A stretch of DNA of 64,000 nt from a virus (Duplodnaviria > Caudoviricetes): positions 1 through 64,000 of IMG/VR virus record IMGVR_UViG_3300032135_000003; one strand, written 5' to 3'. Position numbers and translations under genes: made by a program. Under the pieces are notes generated by a model. The model was given only the letters and a program-made list of their open reading frames with translations, was not told the origin of the DNA and made no database searches. How positions within the stretch are numbered: the first letter of the stretch is position 1; every line of letters begins with the position of its first letter. Positions 13,647 through 24,388 of this stretch are shown in pieces.

Positions 13647-13920
13647 TATATGATATCAAAACATTCATTTTCAGCATCTTTGTACAAGGCTGCAACCTGA
13701 CTAAAATACTCTTTATAGGTTATTAACCCCATGTTATAATTTTCAAATAAGGTAGCCCTTACATCTTCAACCTCTTCAAATAATTCTGTATTAAATAGAT
13801 GCTGCTTATCTTTAATTGCATGCGCCTGTTCCTCTTTCAACTCGTTAATATTATTTAAAATACTGTTTAACCTTGTTACTTTACTTGCTATTGCCATGAC
13901 CGTTTATGTTTTAAGTTAAG

Positions 13921-13965
13921 CAAAGATACACAAAATACCTTTGCTTTGTGTTAATGAAATGTTAA
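13921..13965 (-). promoter_or_regulatory. Class I promoter with overlapping inverted repeat
   Basis: CAAAGATA 13921; GTTAA 13950, 13961; AAGCAAAG/CTTTGCTT. Confidence 0.75.
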
Positions 13966-13975
13966 ATATTAAATA

Positions 13976-14452
13976 TTAATTTAATTGTAAATTTGACTTG
14001 CTATCAAATGATTTGCAACCCCATGTACTTTTTACTTGCTCTAAAGTCTTTTTAGATCTAAATTTTTGTGTATAATCTACAGGGCTAAAATACCATGCTT
14101 TTTTCTTGCCTGCAAACCTAGCATGGTTATATTTGTCAATCACTATACTTTTTATTGCTTCCCTTTGGTTATACGTCGCGCCCTTATCTATATCTTCAAG
14201 CCAAATAAAGATGCCAACGAATGATATTTTAATGCCTTGTAAACCGTCAAATAGACTGACTAAGTTATAAAAAGTCTCATAATTAAAGTCTTTGTCGCTA
14301 TCATAACTAACTGAAGGCTTAAACGCTTTAAATTCGGCTTGCATCTTTATAAACTCACTTGCTTTACCACCTTTATCAGGGTGCAACTTATGACAAAGTG
14401 TGCGAAATAATGTTTTGGCTTGGTCTAATGTTTTACAGTCTTGAAAGTACAT
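13976..14452 (-). CDS. J-domain (DnaJ-like) protein
   Basis: AKTLFRTLCHKLHPDKGG-KASEFIKMQAEF contains the HPD motif in an N-terminal J-domain. Confidence 0.8.
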   Translation of the reverse strand: MYFQDCKTLDQAKTLFRTLCHKLHPDKGGKASEFIKMQAEFKAFKPSVSYDSDKDFNYETFYNLVSLFDGLQGIKISFVGIFIWLEDIDKGATYNQREAIKSIVIDKYNHARFAGKKKAWYFSPVDYTQKFRSKKTLEQVKSTWGCKSFDSKSNLQLN

Positions 14453-14770
14453 ATCTTAATTGTTAAGTGTTCATTCTATTGGTGTGTTCAGTGACAATGA
14501 ACAGTTATTTAATTGAACGGTTTATATTTCTTTAATAAATTTGGGTTGCACTCCAGTTAATATAACGCCTAAATTAGTAGTAATATCATAATAAAAATAA
14601 TCCCCTTGCATAGTTTTACCTGTTTTTAATTCAACCGTTACAATGGTTTTATTAGTCTCTAGGTTTTTTAATACTCCATAATGTTTACGTACAAATGGAG
14701 GTAGATTATTATAATCAACTGTACTGGTATTCACTATTGTAGCTTGCATAATCTTAATTATTAAGTTAGT

Positions 14771-14815
14771 CAAAAATAACACTTTTAACCTACTAAAGTG
14801 TTAAAGGAATGTTAA
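14771..14815 (-). promoter_or_regulatory. Class I promoter
   Basis: CAAAAATA 14771; GTTAA 14800, 14811. Confidence 0.75.
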
Positions 14816-15030
14816 AGTTTAATATTCCTTATAAAGTATTTTCTGTTCTAATATATTTATGTTTCTTGCAATTGCCTCATAGGTTAAAGGTCTTTTAAGA
14901 TAATCTATATTACATGCCCTATCTTGTAACCTGTTCAATTCTGTTAACCTTTGTGCCTTTGTCATTTGGTTAACTTGTGATTGTGTTAAAATAATACATT
15001 CCATATCTTGATATTTAAATTAATAATATT

Positions 15031-15076
15031 CAAAGATACAACTAACAATCGGTTAATTTTGTTAAAGAAATGTTAA
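15031..15076 (-). promoter_or_regulatory. Class I promoter (first of the early cluster)
   Basis: CAAAGATA 15031; GTTAA 15061, 15072. Confidence 0.75.
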
Positions 15077-15485
15077 ACTATTATTTAATGCAATCCGATT
15101 AAATTACTCAACTTACTATTGGATTATAGGTCTATAAACTTAATATAAGTGGATATAAGCTTACTTTATACATTAAGAGTACTAGTATACCAACTTATAA
15201 AGATAGTTCTGTAAATAAGCTTAAAATAACTCTGAAAACATTTCTTGCAAAGCTGTGATCTAATGAGGTTTTTTGACTTTGTGTGGAAAGGGCGGCGGCG
15301 GGGTATAACTCTAAACATTTTGCCGGGTCGTTGGTCTGGGTAGGAAGAAAGTCGACCCCACTTACACATTTTCATATTTTCCAAAATAAAATTTTAATAA
15401 TTCCCCAGCACCCCACAAACACATTTTTCAAAAACTTACTTTCCCACCCCACTTTCATAAAATCTAAAAAAGATATGGGGGTAAC

Positions 15486-15521
15486 AAAAAAATAAGCATT
15501 ACTCCTTAGAATAACGCTTAT
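15486..15521 (-). terminator. Intrinsic terminator ending middle-gene transcription
   Basis: Minus strand ATAAGCGTTATTC-TAAG-GAGTAATGCTTAT-TTTTT. Confidence 0.75.
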
Positions 15522-16741
15522 CCCAAAATAAATTTATAAAAATTTTTTAGTTAAAATACTCTTCTGGTATTCCCACTAGTTTGTACATAGCTTCTATTTG
15601 TTTATTTACTATTAGTTGTTGTTCTATATAGTATTTTAAATTTGGATGTAGTTATAATGATATCATAGTTTATTATTGATACATAGTTTTATTTGTTTTC
15701 TTTGCGGCTTATAATAGAACTATTCCTTTATAATTTATTACCTTCAAGCATTTTAACAATCTCTTTTCCTCTCCCAAGACAATGCTCTATTTCCTCCCAA
15801 CCATGTCTATCATAATTTTTTTCATGTAATAAAATATCAGTCACCTCAATTAATTTTTTCATTACATCAATCAACGCCCATGGTTGGTCAAGCCCAAGTA
15901 TTTTATTAATTGGCAACAAAACTCTAACACCATTTATAATCAAGTGTTCGTTTTCTTTCTCCATAATTTAAAGTTTATTAAAATTTCCTTCTACATCAAT
16001 ATCCCAACCTCCTTTTGTTATGACATTTACTATATCCTCAGGTTTGCATTTTAATGCTAATTGATTTGGATTTGGGTCGTGAACTACTTTTAAATTAGAA
16101 TTAATTATGACCGCATGATATACATCTTTAAATGTTGACGAAAGAACTGTTGCAGGAAAACAATCATTCCAGCCTCCATCAAATTTTAATCTCTCAATAA
16201 GAGTTGTTTTTTGTTCTCTTTCTCCATTTGGATGATCCCATTCCATATTGGGATACCCATTTTCTTCCATAAAATCCCACAATATACGCCAAAAGTTTTC
16301 CTGATCTAAATTAAAATTAGGTACGTCTTCAAGTTCTATTTCTAAAAGAGATGCTATCGCTGCTTGTTGACAGTTCCCTTTACCTGAATCTACAATTGTT
16401 TGATACACTTTTTTCATTTTAACTAATTTTATATATTCTCTTAAACCTCATCAATTTCTTTAAGTCAGTTAAGTTATCTAAAAAATATTGGTTCTCTCTA
16501 GTACCCATAGACCAACTTCCATAATAATGCTCTTCTATAACAACACTTAACTGCTCAGTAATCTTACTTAAATATAGGTTAAGATAATAATCTGTTCCTG
16601 TATTAAAACCGTCCTCTATATTCTTATGAAAAATAGAAAATCCCGTTGCTGTATCTTTTTCATCAGTTATTTCCCAACCTAATGACTCTATGTACTCTTT
16701 TATACTATCATTCATAATTTAATAGTTGCTTATATGAGTGA

Positions 16742-16791
16742 TATATCACCAATAGGGGATATATCTTATTGGTGATATACTTATGTTAGGT
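16742..16791. mobile_element. attC-like site (partial)
   Basis: TATATCACCAATAG/TTATTGGTGATATA hairpin then GTTAGGT at 16785. Confidence 0.45.
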
Positions 16792-17111
16792 GCAATTAAA
16801 ACCTCGGCTCTTGATGAATAGGTGGTTTATCAAAAAATAGCCTAATAGTCTTTTGTGGTTTAACTTGGTCAGGCAAAAATTCACCAAATTCACGAACCAT
16901 ATTCGTTTTAGCAAGTATGTGATGATTTACACTTACATCAAAGTCCTTTGCAAGTATATTCCAACTCACACCTTTTGTCATTCCTTTGTTTACACTACTA
17001 ACTTTTGTCCAGTCAGTAATTTTTGCCTTTGCGGTTTCAAACATTTGTTGTAGTTGTTCGTTAGTAATCGTTTCGGCAATTTTTCTTGCATCATTTCTAT
17101 TCATAATCCGT

Positions 17112-17146
17112 ACTGTGCCTAACAGTGTATAAATGTTAGCAGTAAT
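17112..17146. mobile_element. Collapsed attC-like site
   Basis: GCCTAAC-N11-GTTAGCA between two ORFs. Confidence 0.5.
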
Positions 17147-18568
17147 TATTCCACCACTATTAATTCTTCTGCTCTAAAAAACTGAACCCAATCTTTACCA
17201 AATTCCTCTGCATTTAAAACAATTTGAAATTCTACATCTTCTTGTAAAATATCTTTAATTGTATATTCAACACCATCAGGCAATCCAAGTCCTACTTTTG
17301 CATTTTCAGCGATGTAACATTTATCACCAACTTTGAAATTTTTCATAATTTAAATATAAAGATTATCAAAAGCTTCTTCTAAGCACTCATCAAAACTAGC
17401 GCCACCATTGTAGAACCTTAGCTCAAAGCTTATAGATTCATCTTCGTTTTTACTAGCTCTAATTATATCTCCATCGTCTTCGTAACCATCAGTATCTAAC
17501 TTATACAGTTTCTGCGTTTTTTCGTGGAAGAAGTACTCATTATAATACTCATCACATAAGCACTCAATAGCATTACTATAATAACTAGGTATTTCTTTAT
17601 TCTGATTTTTTAAAATGTTTTCTGCTACATCATTTAGAGTTTTTCCTTTAGGTTTTATCTCTATTGCTGTTCCTTTGTAATATACTGTTTCACTCATTAT
17701 TTAATTTTGAAGTTATTTTCTAACGGTTTATTGCCGCCAGATATTGAATTATTATACTTTAGCAAACTTTGGATAAATATAGTAATTTTTACCCTATTTC
17801 TATTTTCTTTAGCCCCAACTGTAACATTCTTATTTGACTATCTTTCTCTTTTAATACTAGTCTTACTAGTTCAGCAGGTGCTGTCCCTCTCTGTCCATGC
17901 TTCTCTATCATTTCTCCTGATAAATCTAATGTATTCACTACATCATATAGCATACTATCTAATTCTTCTTTACTCCAACAACTCATACTACTATTTATTT
18001 TCAGTTATTACCCTTGCTCTTTCTAACCTATCAATTGCTAAGTATGAAAGTATTAACCAAGTTACAGGGTTATCATCATAATATGCAGCTACGCCTATAA
18101 TAATTAATAATATTAAAGGCATCCACTCAGTTATTTTTTCTAATTTCATTTTATTTATTTCCTGTTATATGTACTACTACTTTTATCTGTATATTTGTTG
18201 CTGATACTCCAACCACCTTTATATGCCAGTCTTTTTCAAGTTTATTTAACTCTTCTTCAACCGCTTCTGAGGAACCTGTTAATATTTTATAACTCATACT
18301 AATATATTTTTATTATAGTCATCTACACTCTTAAATTTTTTAACCGTTGTTGTTGTACCTTCGTAATCGCCAGAATCAACATCAACATTATAAGGAATTT
18401 TCCATTCTTGATGCACTTCTTCATTTTCTTTCAATATACAAGAGTAAGAACAAAAGTCGTCATCCCAATACTCGTCTTTCCAGTTTTCTTTGGTAAATTC
18501 TTTCATAATTAAAATTATTTAGATTATTCAATATACTTTAAGTTGATTGATATATTAATATCAGCGGG

Positions 18569-18614
18569 ATATCAACAATAGAATTGGTGATATACACATG
18601 TTAGCGGTAATTTA
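18569..18614. mobile_element. attC-like site (partial); similar to the 16742 site
   Basis: ATTGGTGATATAC-nn-ATGTTAG shared; GTTAGCG at 18600. Confidence 0.45.
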
Positions 18615-18914
18615 ATAAGAAAGGTATTTATCAAATCCAATTTCAACGTAAAGCCTTTCATCAGTTATATCACTTTTAAAAAATTTTTTTCCTAATTTTG
18701 ATAGTTTGTCATAATCACCTCCTAACAGTTCTGCGGCTTTTCTACAATAGTGTGTACTTATAATCAGTTTACCTGTTCCAGAGTGAGTTACATTTTCATA
18801 AACTTTTTTAAATAGGTAGGTATATTTTTCAGATGTAGTTAAATCAAATAAACTACTGCTAACACTTGGTATAGTGTATTGCTAGGTTTCTGCATTTTTA
18901 TTATCTGTATTCAC
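18612..18914 (-). pseudogene. 100-codon ORF interrupted by an in-frame TAG at codon 11
   Basis: GTG AAT ACA GAT AAT AAA AAT GCA GAA ACC TAG CAA TAC..., then open to TAA at 18612; missed by the ORF track. Confidence 0.5.
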
Positions 18915-18988
18915 AATTCAAAGTTTTGTAATTGTTGATTAAGTTCGTACTGTAAGGTCGCAACGTCACCATACCATAAACGTTAGCT
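18857..18988. mobile_element. Full-length attC-like site (132 bp)
   Basis: TGCTAAC-actTGGTATaGTGtaTTGC ... GCAAcgtCACcATACCAtaaac-GTTAGCT imperfect inverted repeat. Confidence 0.6.
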
Positions 18989-19468
18989 GCAACTAAAGTT
19001 AGTTACCAAGCACTTCATTTATAACATCATTACTAAACTTGATTTTCTGTAAAGCGGTTTCTAACTTGTGCAGTTTTGTAAGGGCTTGTGTATTGCTTTC
19101 ATTTACCGAATTTATGGCGCAAAATAGGCATTGTCTTGCATATTTATCCCCTATAAATTCTTCTTCACAGTTTACACACGTACCTGAGTAGTTTCCTGGA
19201 GCAAAACCGCCTATTGGATATTTTATCTTCATAATTTATATTTTTACTAGTTGTAAATATCCACAAGAAAATGAACCACTAAAGCCTTCCAAGAATACAA
19301 CTTCTGATGTATTTTTCTCTCGTTGAAAAGAGTCTGATTCTATTGTCCACAACTTACCGTAATTTTTAGGATGTCTTGCCTCCATACAATCAAACATCAC
19401 AACTTTTTGTCCTTTTTTAAAATTCTTTAACTTCATAATTTTATATTGTATTTTAGTTGTGTATAATG

Positions 19469-19639
19469 CTAAGACATCTCCCACACTTCACAAACTAAGT
19501 CATTTAAAGTTATTACAGCAGTATGTCTTTCAGATTTTGGGTTAGTGCAAGTGTGTTTTTTCCTTTTACCTTTGTAAAAACTTTTGCAGAATTTACAATC
19601 TTTACACTTAGCTTCTCTTGTATAGGTTATTACTCCCAT
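19469..19639 (-). CDS. Small Cys-rich protein (56 aa), cassette-like
   Basis: MGVITYTREAKCKDCKFCK...HTCTNP...LVCEVWEMS; absent from the ORF track. Confidence 0.6.
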   Translation of the reverse strand: MGVITYTREAKCKDCKFCKSFYKGKRKKHTCTNPKSERHTAVITLNDLVCEVWEMS

Positions 19640-19666
19640 TGTTTAAATTTTTAGTTTCTTAAACTC

Positions 19667-19792
19667 ACATAACAATGTATAAAAATAGGCGCACAAGCTA
19701 CAATTATGATCTTTGCTTTATGATTTTTAGCTACACAATCAAGGGTTAGCCCCCTCTGCTACGTTGCGCCTTATCTTTATATAGTGTTAGTG
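19667..19792. mobile_element. Full-length attC-like site (126 bp)
   Basis: ACATAAC-aatgTATAAAaATAGGCGCA ... TGCGCCtTATcTTTATAtagt-GTTAGTG; the upstream gene's stop lies in the TAAC end. Confidence 0.6.
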
Positions 19793-20107
19793 TTCATTTT
19801 CCAAAGCCTCAAAAGAATTGTCGCCTAGTCTTTTTAATAACCTATTAATCTTAAATGTTTTTTGCGAATCAACCATTTCCCTAAATTTAAAATATTTGTG
19901 CATCATTACAATTTGTTCAATCATAATTTCCACATCTGCAATTTCTTCTACTAAGTTGCTAAAACTTGAGTCATCATTTTTTCTAATATGTTTTCTAACA
20001 GCAAGCGCAAGTTCTGTGGCTTCCTCCTGTGCCATTTCTAATTGAGCCTTTTCACCCCATTTTTTAAGAGCCATTTTGTAAACTTTTTCTCTTTGTTCTA
20101 AATTCAT
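19787..20107 (-). CDS. MazG-like all-alpha NTP pyrophosphohydrolase
   Basis: EEATEL...EEIADVEIM (ExxE...ExxD) motif. Confidence 0.8.
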   Translation of the reverse strand: MNLEQREKVYKMALKKWGEKAQLEMAQEEATELALAVRKHIRKNDDSSFSNLVEEIADVEIMIEQIVMMHKYFKFREMVDSQKTFKINRLLKRLGDNSFEALENEH

Positions 20108-20591
20108 AGTTATTGATTTGATAAATAATGTGTAACTTCATGATCTTCATTAACGCATAGCCAAGTAAGACTACCCGATAAATTTCGTGCTAAAAAAGCT
20201 ATGGAATTACCGTGATTTGTTTTTACTTTATATTCCCCGGGGATTTTTGGAGGATTATCTTTTACACTTATCCAATTTTCCATAGTCTATATGTTTTAAT
20301 TTACTCACAATATTCTAAAAATACTTTGTTATTTGTGTCTAAACTAACACTGCTTAAATCATCTTGATATACAAAACCATAACTATCATATCCCCCAGAA
20401 TAACCTTGCTCATAAACACTAGTATATCCTTGGTATATTAACTTACCCTTTCTACCCCCCAACTTGTAAAAATTATCTGCAATATTTTTATAAAGAAGTA
20501 ACTCTCCTTTATCATCTTTAAAAAAAGAACCTCCGTAAGCTATAAATTCATAGTAAACATTCATATTCTATTTGTTTTATTATTTCTTTTA

Positions 20592-20622
20592 CAAATATAC
20601 AACATTAAAATGACTATACAAA
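20592..20622 (-). promoter_or_regulatory. Canonical Bacteroidota promoter TTTG-N19-TATATTTG
   Basis: CAAATATA 20592 and CAAA 20619; no repeat box. Confidence 0.7.
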
Positions 20623-20623
20623 C

Positions 20624-20654
20624 AAAAACCTTTAGTATCTCTACTAAGGGTTTT
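20624..20654. terminator. Intrinsic terminator (possibly bidirectional)
   Basis: AAAAACCTTTAGTA-TCTC-TACTAAGGGTTTT. Confidence 0.65.
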
Positions 20655-22798
20655 ATAATTTATTTCTGTTCTGACTTCTATTTACTATAATCTCTTAGTG
20701 TCTCCCCTTTGCCCGATAATAACTTCTCTAAGTATTTAAAGGAATCACTGTCAAAAGTCATTTCATCTTCATAGATTTCATCATCTGTTTTAATATGTCT
20801 TACTATACTAATTACCTCGTGTTTGGTGTTACTACAAAGATATAATTCTGTTGATGTTCCATATCCTGAACAATCTCTATATTCTACTCTCTCTATAACC
20901 CCATCTCTACAGTTAGAATAGTGGTTTATTACAGATTCCTTTGTTTGTTCTTTATCTAAGTATATTTTTAATTCTCCTCTTTTATACATTATTTATTTTT
21001 TAACTGTTTTTAGCGGGAAATTAACTCTTCTCCTAAACCAAAGAATAAATTTTGAAGACTGTGAATGTATTTAATTCTTAAATCTCTATATAAATTTTCT
21101 CCTTCATAGTGACTCTTTACTACTAACTCACCGTCTACAAAATCAATATCTAACTTACAATTAGCGTTTTTAGTAATTATTCCACTTGTCCTACCATTAA
21201 GGTATTCCCAGCCAAGCTTTAACAACCCTTTCTCTGTTATTAGAATTGGCTCAAACTGAAATAAATCTATGTATAGTAGTTCTTCTCCTGTCTCTGGTAT
21301 ATCTACTTTTACCCCATTAGTTCGGACTTCCTTTACAATACATAAAACGCCATCAATACTAATATGATTTCCAATTCTTAATTCTTCTGCTTTCATGATT
21401 TTTCTAGTTCTTCTTCTAATTGGATTATTAAATTTGCTACAGCAGCATCTACATAAAGAATTAGTTTCTTAGGTACAGGTACTTCTTTTACATGACTGCC
21501 ACACCCGAAGAAACGTGATCCTAATATAGAAAAACTAACATCATGCTTCTCCTTAACAATCATCTGAGTGTTTTTCCAGCGGGAATTTATATTATCTGAA
21601 AAATATTCTAACTCGTGGAGTTCCTGCCTAATTTGATTTGCTCTGTTAATGTCTTTTATATCCATCTATACATTTATAATACTGTTTAAATATTCTTTTA
21701 ACTGTTCTTCTTCCCCCGCCACGAAATTAATTGTAAAGCATTTATTCTCAAAAGAATAACTAATATCAGAAGCATATTTTTTATTTAAATAATCAGTTAT
21801 TTGCTCCATCACATTAACCCTTCTTTCCCTTAACGTTGATTTATTCAAATGCTCAAAGACTTCTTTTGCATCTTCTATTTTAAAATTCATATAAGATTTA
21901 TTTGAGTTCCGCAGAGAGTATAACTACTTATTTCACAAGTATCAACATATCCAAATTCCTTAATCTGCTTTAAGAAACTGTCTTTAATTTCTGTATTTAA
22001 AAAGCTTACGTTTACAATTCTATCTTCTCCAGGACTTAAGCTACTCACTATATGTCCTATGAATGCCTCTATGTAAAAATCTTCATCTCCAAGTTCTACT
22101 ATCTTTACATTGTTGCTAATATTGTCTCTACCATTTTCATAAACTAGTGTAAACTCTGCTTTACCAGCTCTGTAAGGTCTTACTGTAAATGTTGTATCCC
22201 CTGTTGCTTTATCCATCTCAAACTCAATTATATCTTCCTCCTTTATTTCACACTTATGAAGCTCACCAAAATTTCCTACTAACCTTTGATCTCCCATATT
22301 TATTGATTTTATTTTAATACTATCTATCATAATTTTACCCTCTTAAATATTTCAATTACTGTGTCAATACTCATCATTTCTGGGTCTAAAATAAAACGTC
22401 CTGATTCCTGATCCCACTGCATGGTTAATTGACCAAAGCCTTTCTCACTTTCCCACACAATTAATAAATAGTCATCTGTTTTTACTTTTATTCTTGCTTC
22501 CATATTTATAGCTTATTATAAAATTCGTTTACTTTTTCTATTGCTTTAGTTCTTGCTTTTTGGCGTGTTTCAGATACAAAAGTATTATCTCCGATATAAC
22601 ATTTCCATTCTCCTGATTTTAATGGTTTTATATAAATTATAATTCCTACACTATCAAAGAAATCCACGTAAACGCCATATTGCATTGATTGTGGTATTTG
22701 CCAAAATTTTTGTATATCCATAACTGACCAGTAATTATCTAATATCCACTTCTCAAAATCTATTTTTAATTTTTCTGATAGTATCATTACTTCTATAT

Positions 22799-23281
22799 TT
22801 ACAACTTAAATTTTTGCATTCTATTTGTTAAGCCTCCACTACTTGTAAGCTTTTCTAAAGTGAAACTATAATCATGACAGACTAGTTGTTTACCTACCCA
22901 ACCAAAATTATCTGCTTTTATATCAGTGAAATAATTGGGTATTTTATCTGGAGCCTTTTTCCACTTCTTGTCATCCTTATAGAAAGGTTCTGTTTTCTTT
23001 TGTAGCATTACAAGACCATTATTACTTATCCAGCTACATTCTGCAAACCATTTTTTATGCTCTGTCTCCATTACTGCTCCCCAAATCCTATACTCACTCC
23101 AATTTTCTCCACACCCGTCTTCCCTCTCTATTTTAATTACCCAATTAGGATCTAAAGGGTATTCATATACATCCCTGAAACAACCTTGTCCTAGTAAATC
23201 CCCGCATAAAAAGTCTATTATCTCTAAACTTAATATTGGATTATCTAAATAAGAAAGTTTTTGTTTGTATGCTTCTGTCAT
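22799..23281 (-). CDS. Minimal protein-kinase-like fold protein
   Basis: LLGQGCFRDVY (Gly loop), VIKIE, DIKADNFG (catalytic loop), VCHDY (DFG equivalent). Confidence 0.7.
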   Translation of the reverse strand: MTEAYKQKLSYLDNPILSLEIIDFLCGDLLGQGCFRDVYEYPLDPNWVIKIEREDGCGENWSEYRIWGAVMETEHKKWFAECSWISNNGLVMLQKKTEPFYKDDKKWKKAPDKIPNYFTDIKADNFGWVGKQLVCHDYSFTLEKLTSSGGLTNRMQKFKL

Positions 23282-23506
23282 TTAATTTTATTTCTCTAAT
23301 CGTTTTTCAATTTCTTCTAAATTCAAATAACAAACTAACTTCGTTATTGAACATGTAATCTATTTTATCTAAAATACCTTCTTTATCACACTCCCTAATA
23401 AAATCCCTGAATCTATCTTTTTCAGCTTCATCTAGTTCTCCACTCCAAGTCATTATTCCTTCTATCCTGTGAATAAATCTATCATATTTATATTTTTCTT
23501 CTCCTT

Positions 23507-23986
23507 TCATTTTTCTGCAAATTTAAACATTACTCCTATACTTCCTTCTACAATACCCTTTGATTCTAAGTCGGGTCTTCTCTGATACTGTATTCTTCCT
23601 GATATACCAAATTTAGGAAATACATAATACACCGCTTTTACTCTTGACGCCCAGCCAATAGTAGTACCCCACCCAGACCTATCGTAATTTAATCCAAATA
23701 ACTGTTTTCTCATTACATTGGAGAATGATGCGCCAACTGCTATATCCAATACATCACCTTTAGTTAAATAATAATCTACTCCCATACCATAGTTCTGATA
23801 GTCTTCTTTATCAAATCTACCGTAGTACAGATACACACCTATTTTATTTGCCCTGGCTCCTAACTCAAGGTCAACATCTAATACTTTAGTTGCATTATTG
23901 CTTAAATCTATATAAGCATCTGTATCTCTCTGGGCATATAGAGAAAAGCTTAATAAGATTAATAGATAAATTAGTGGGTTTTTCAT
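23507..23986 (-). CDS. Putative small outer-membrane beta-barrel protein
   Basis: Sec signal (…SFSLYA/Q), amphipathic strands, GVMFKF near the C-terminus. Confidence 0.6.
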   Translation of the reverse strand: MKNPLIYLLILLSFSLYAQRDTDAYIDLSNNATKVLDVDLELGARANKIGVYLYYGRFDKEDYQNYGMGVDYYLTKGDVLDIAVGASFSNVMRKQLFGLNYDRSGWGTTIGWASRVKAVYYVFPKFGISGRIQYQRRPDLESKGIVEGSIGVMFKFAEK

Positions 23987-24388
23987 CTATGAGTTTTTAA
24001 TATAATTAGTTAAATAAGCATTTATGTTATCACGTCCAACTGGGTTAGCACTGTGAGTGTACCACTTTGGAAGGCTTTTCTTATTATCTATGCAATAGTT
24101 TACAAGCCACTTAGTACAGTCAAAGCCACTTAATGTTTCACGTTTTAGTTTTCTGGCAGCACGTTTTGACATTCCTTTAGAAACTCTTTCTTTAGCAATA
24201 TCTTCACCCAAATCGTGGTCAAAGTTAATTGCATCAGGTAAACCATTTTCTTCTATCCAAGCGGTAAATTCATCGTAACTTTTTACCCAGTGTATTTCTA
24301 CATCTCTTCCAATAGCACTGAACATCATCCAGTCTACTTCTTTGTCAAATGGATTACGATAATCGTCGAGCCAAAGCAGCTTTTTCAT
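23987..24388 (-). CDS. Receiver-like domain (cyclic-phosphate-processing Rec family)
   Basis: LWLDDYR...FDHDLG...GFDC...HSANPVG. Confidence 0.75.
   Translation of the reverse strand: MKKLLWLDDYRNPFDKEVDWMMFSAIGRDVEIHWVKSYDEFTAWIEENGLPDAINFDHDLGEDIAKERVSKGMSKRAARKLKRETLSGFDCTKWLVNYCIDNKKSLPKWYTHSANPVGRDNINAYLTNYIKNS

Larger units (their letters stand above)
544..15004 (-). other. Cluster of more than 45 short co-oriented hypothetical ORFs with very dense promoters (putative early/host-takeover region)
   Basis: Tightly packed 48-207 aa minus-strand ORFs with A-rich leaders; at least 17 TAnnTTT(G/A) -7 elements in 15 kb. Confidence 0.75.
15728..22787 (-). other. Accessory block of short hypothetical ORFs
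   Basis: Co-oriented, closely packed 56-149 aa ORFs. Confidence 0.7.

Noticed and set aside
2058-15076. CRISPR array or iterons from the recurring GTTAA motif
   Set aside because: Units are only 5-6 bp, dispersed and locked to -7 promoter elements; no repeat-spacer structure
15290-15301. Lambda-type cos site (GGGCGGCG match)
   Set aside because: Only 8 nt match and the terminase is crAss-like; likely chance
17717-17740. Additional attC-like half-site TTCTAACGGTTT
   Set aside because: No partner arm found; too short to support
18882-18884. Genome-wide TAG reassignment as in some crAss-like phages
   Set aside because: Long genes are intact in the standard code, TAG ends genes such as the MCP, and no suppressor tRNA is in the window; tRNA-Ser(TGA) has anticodon UGA and reads UCA
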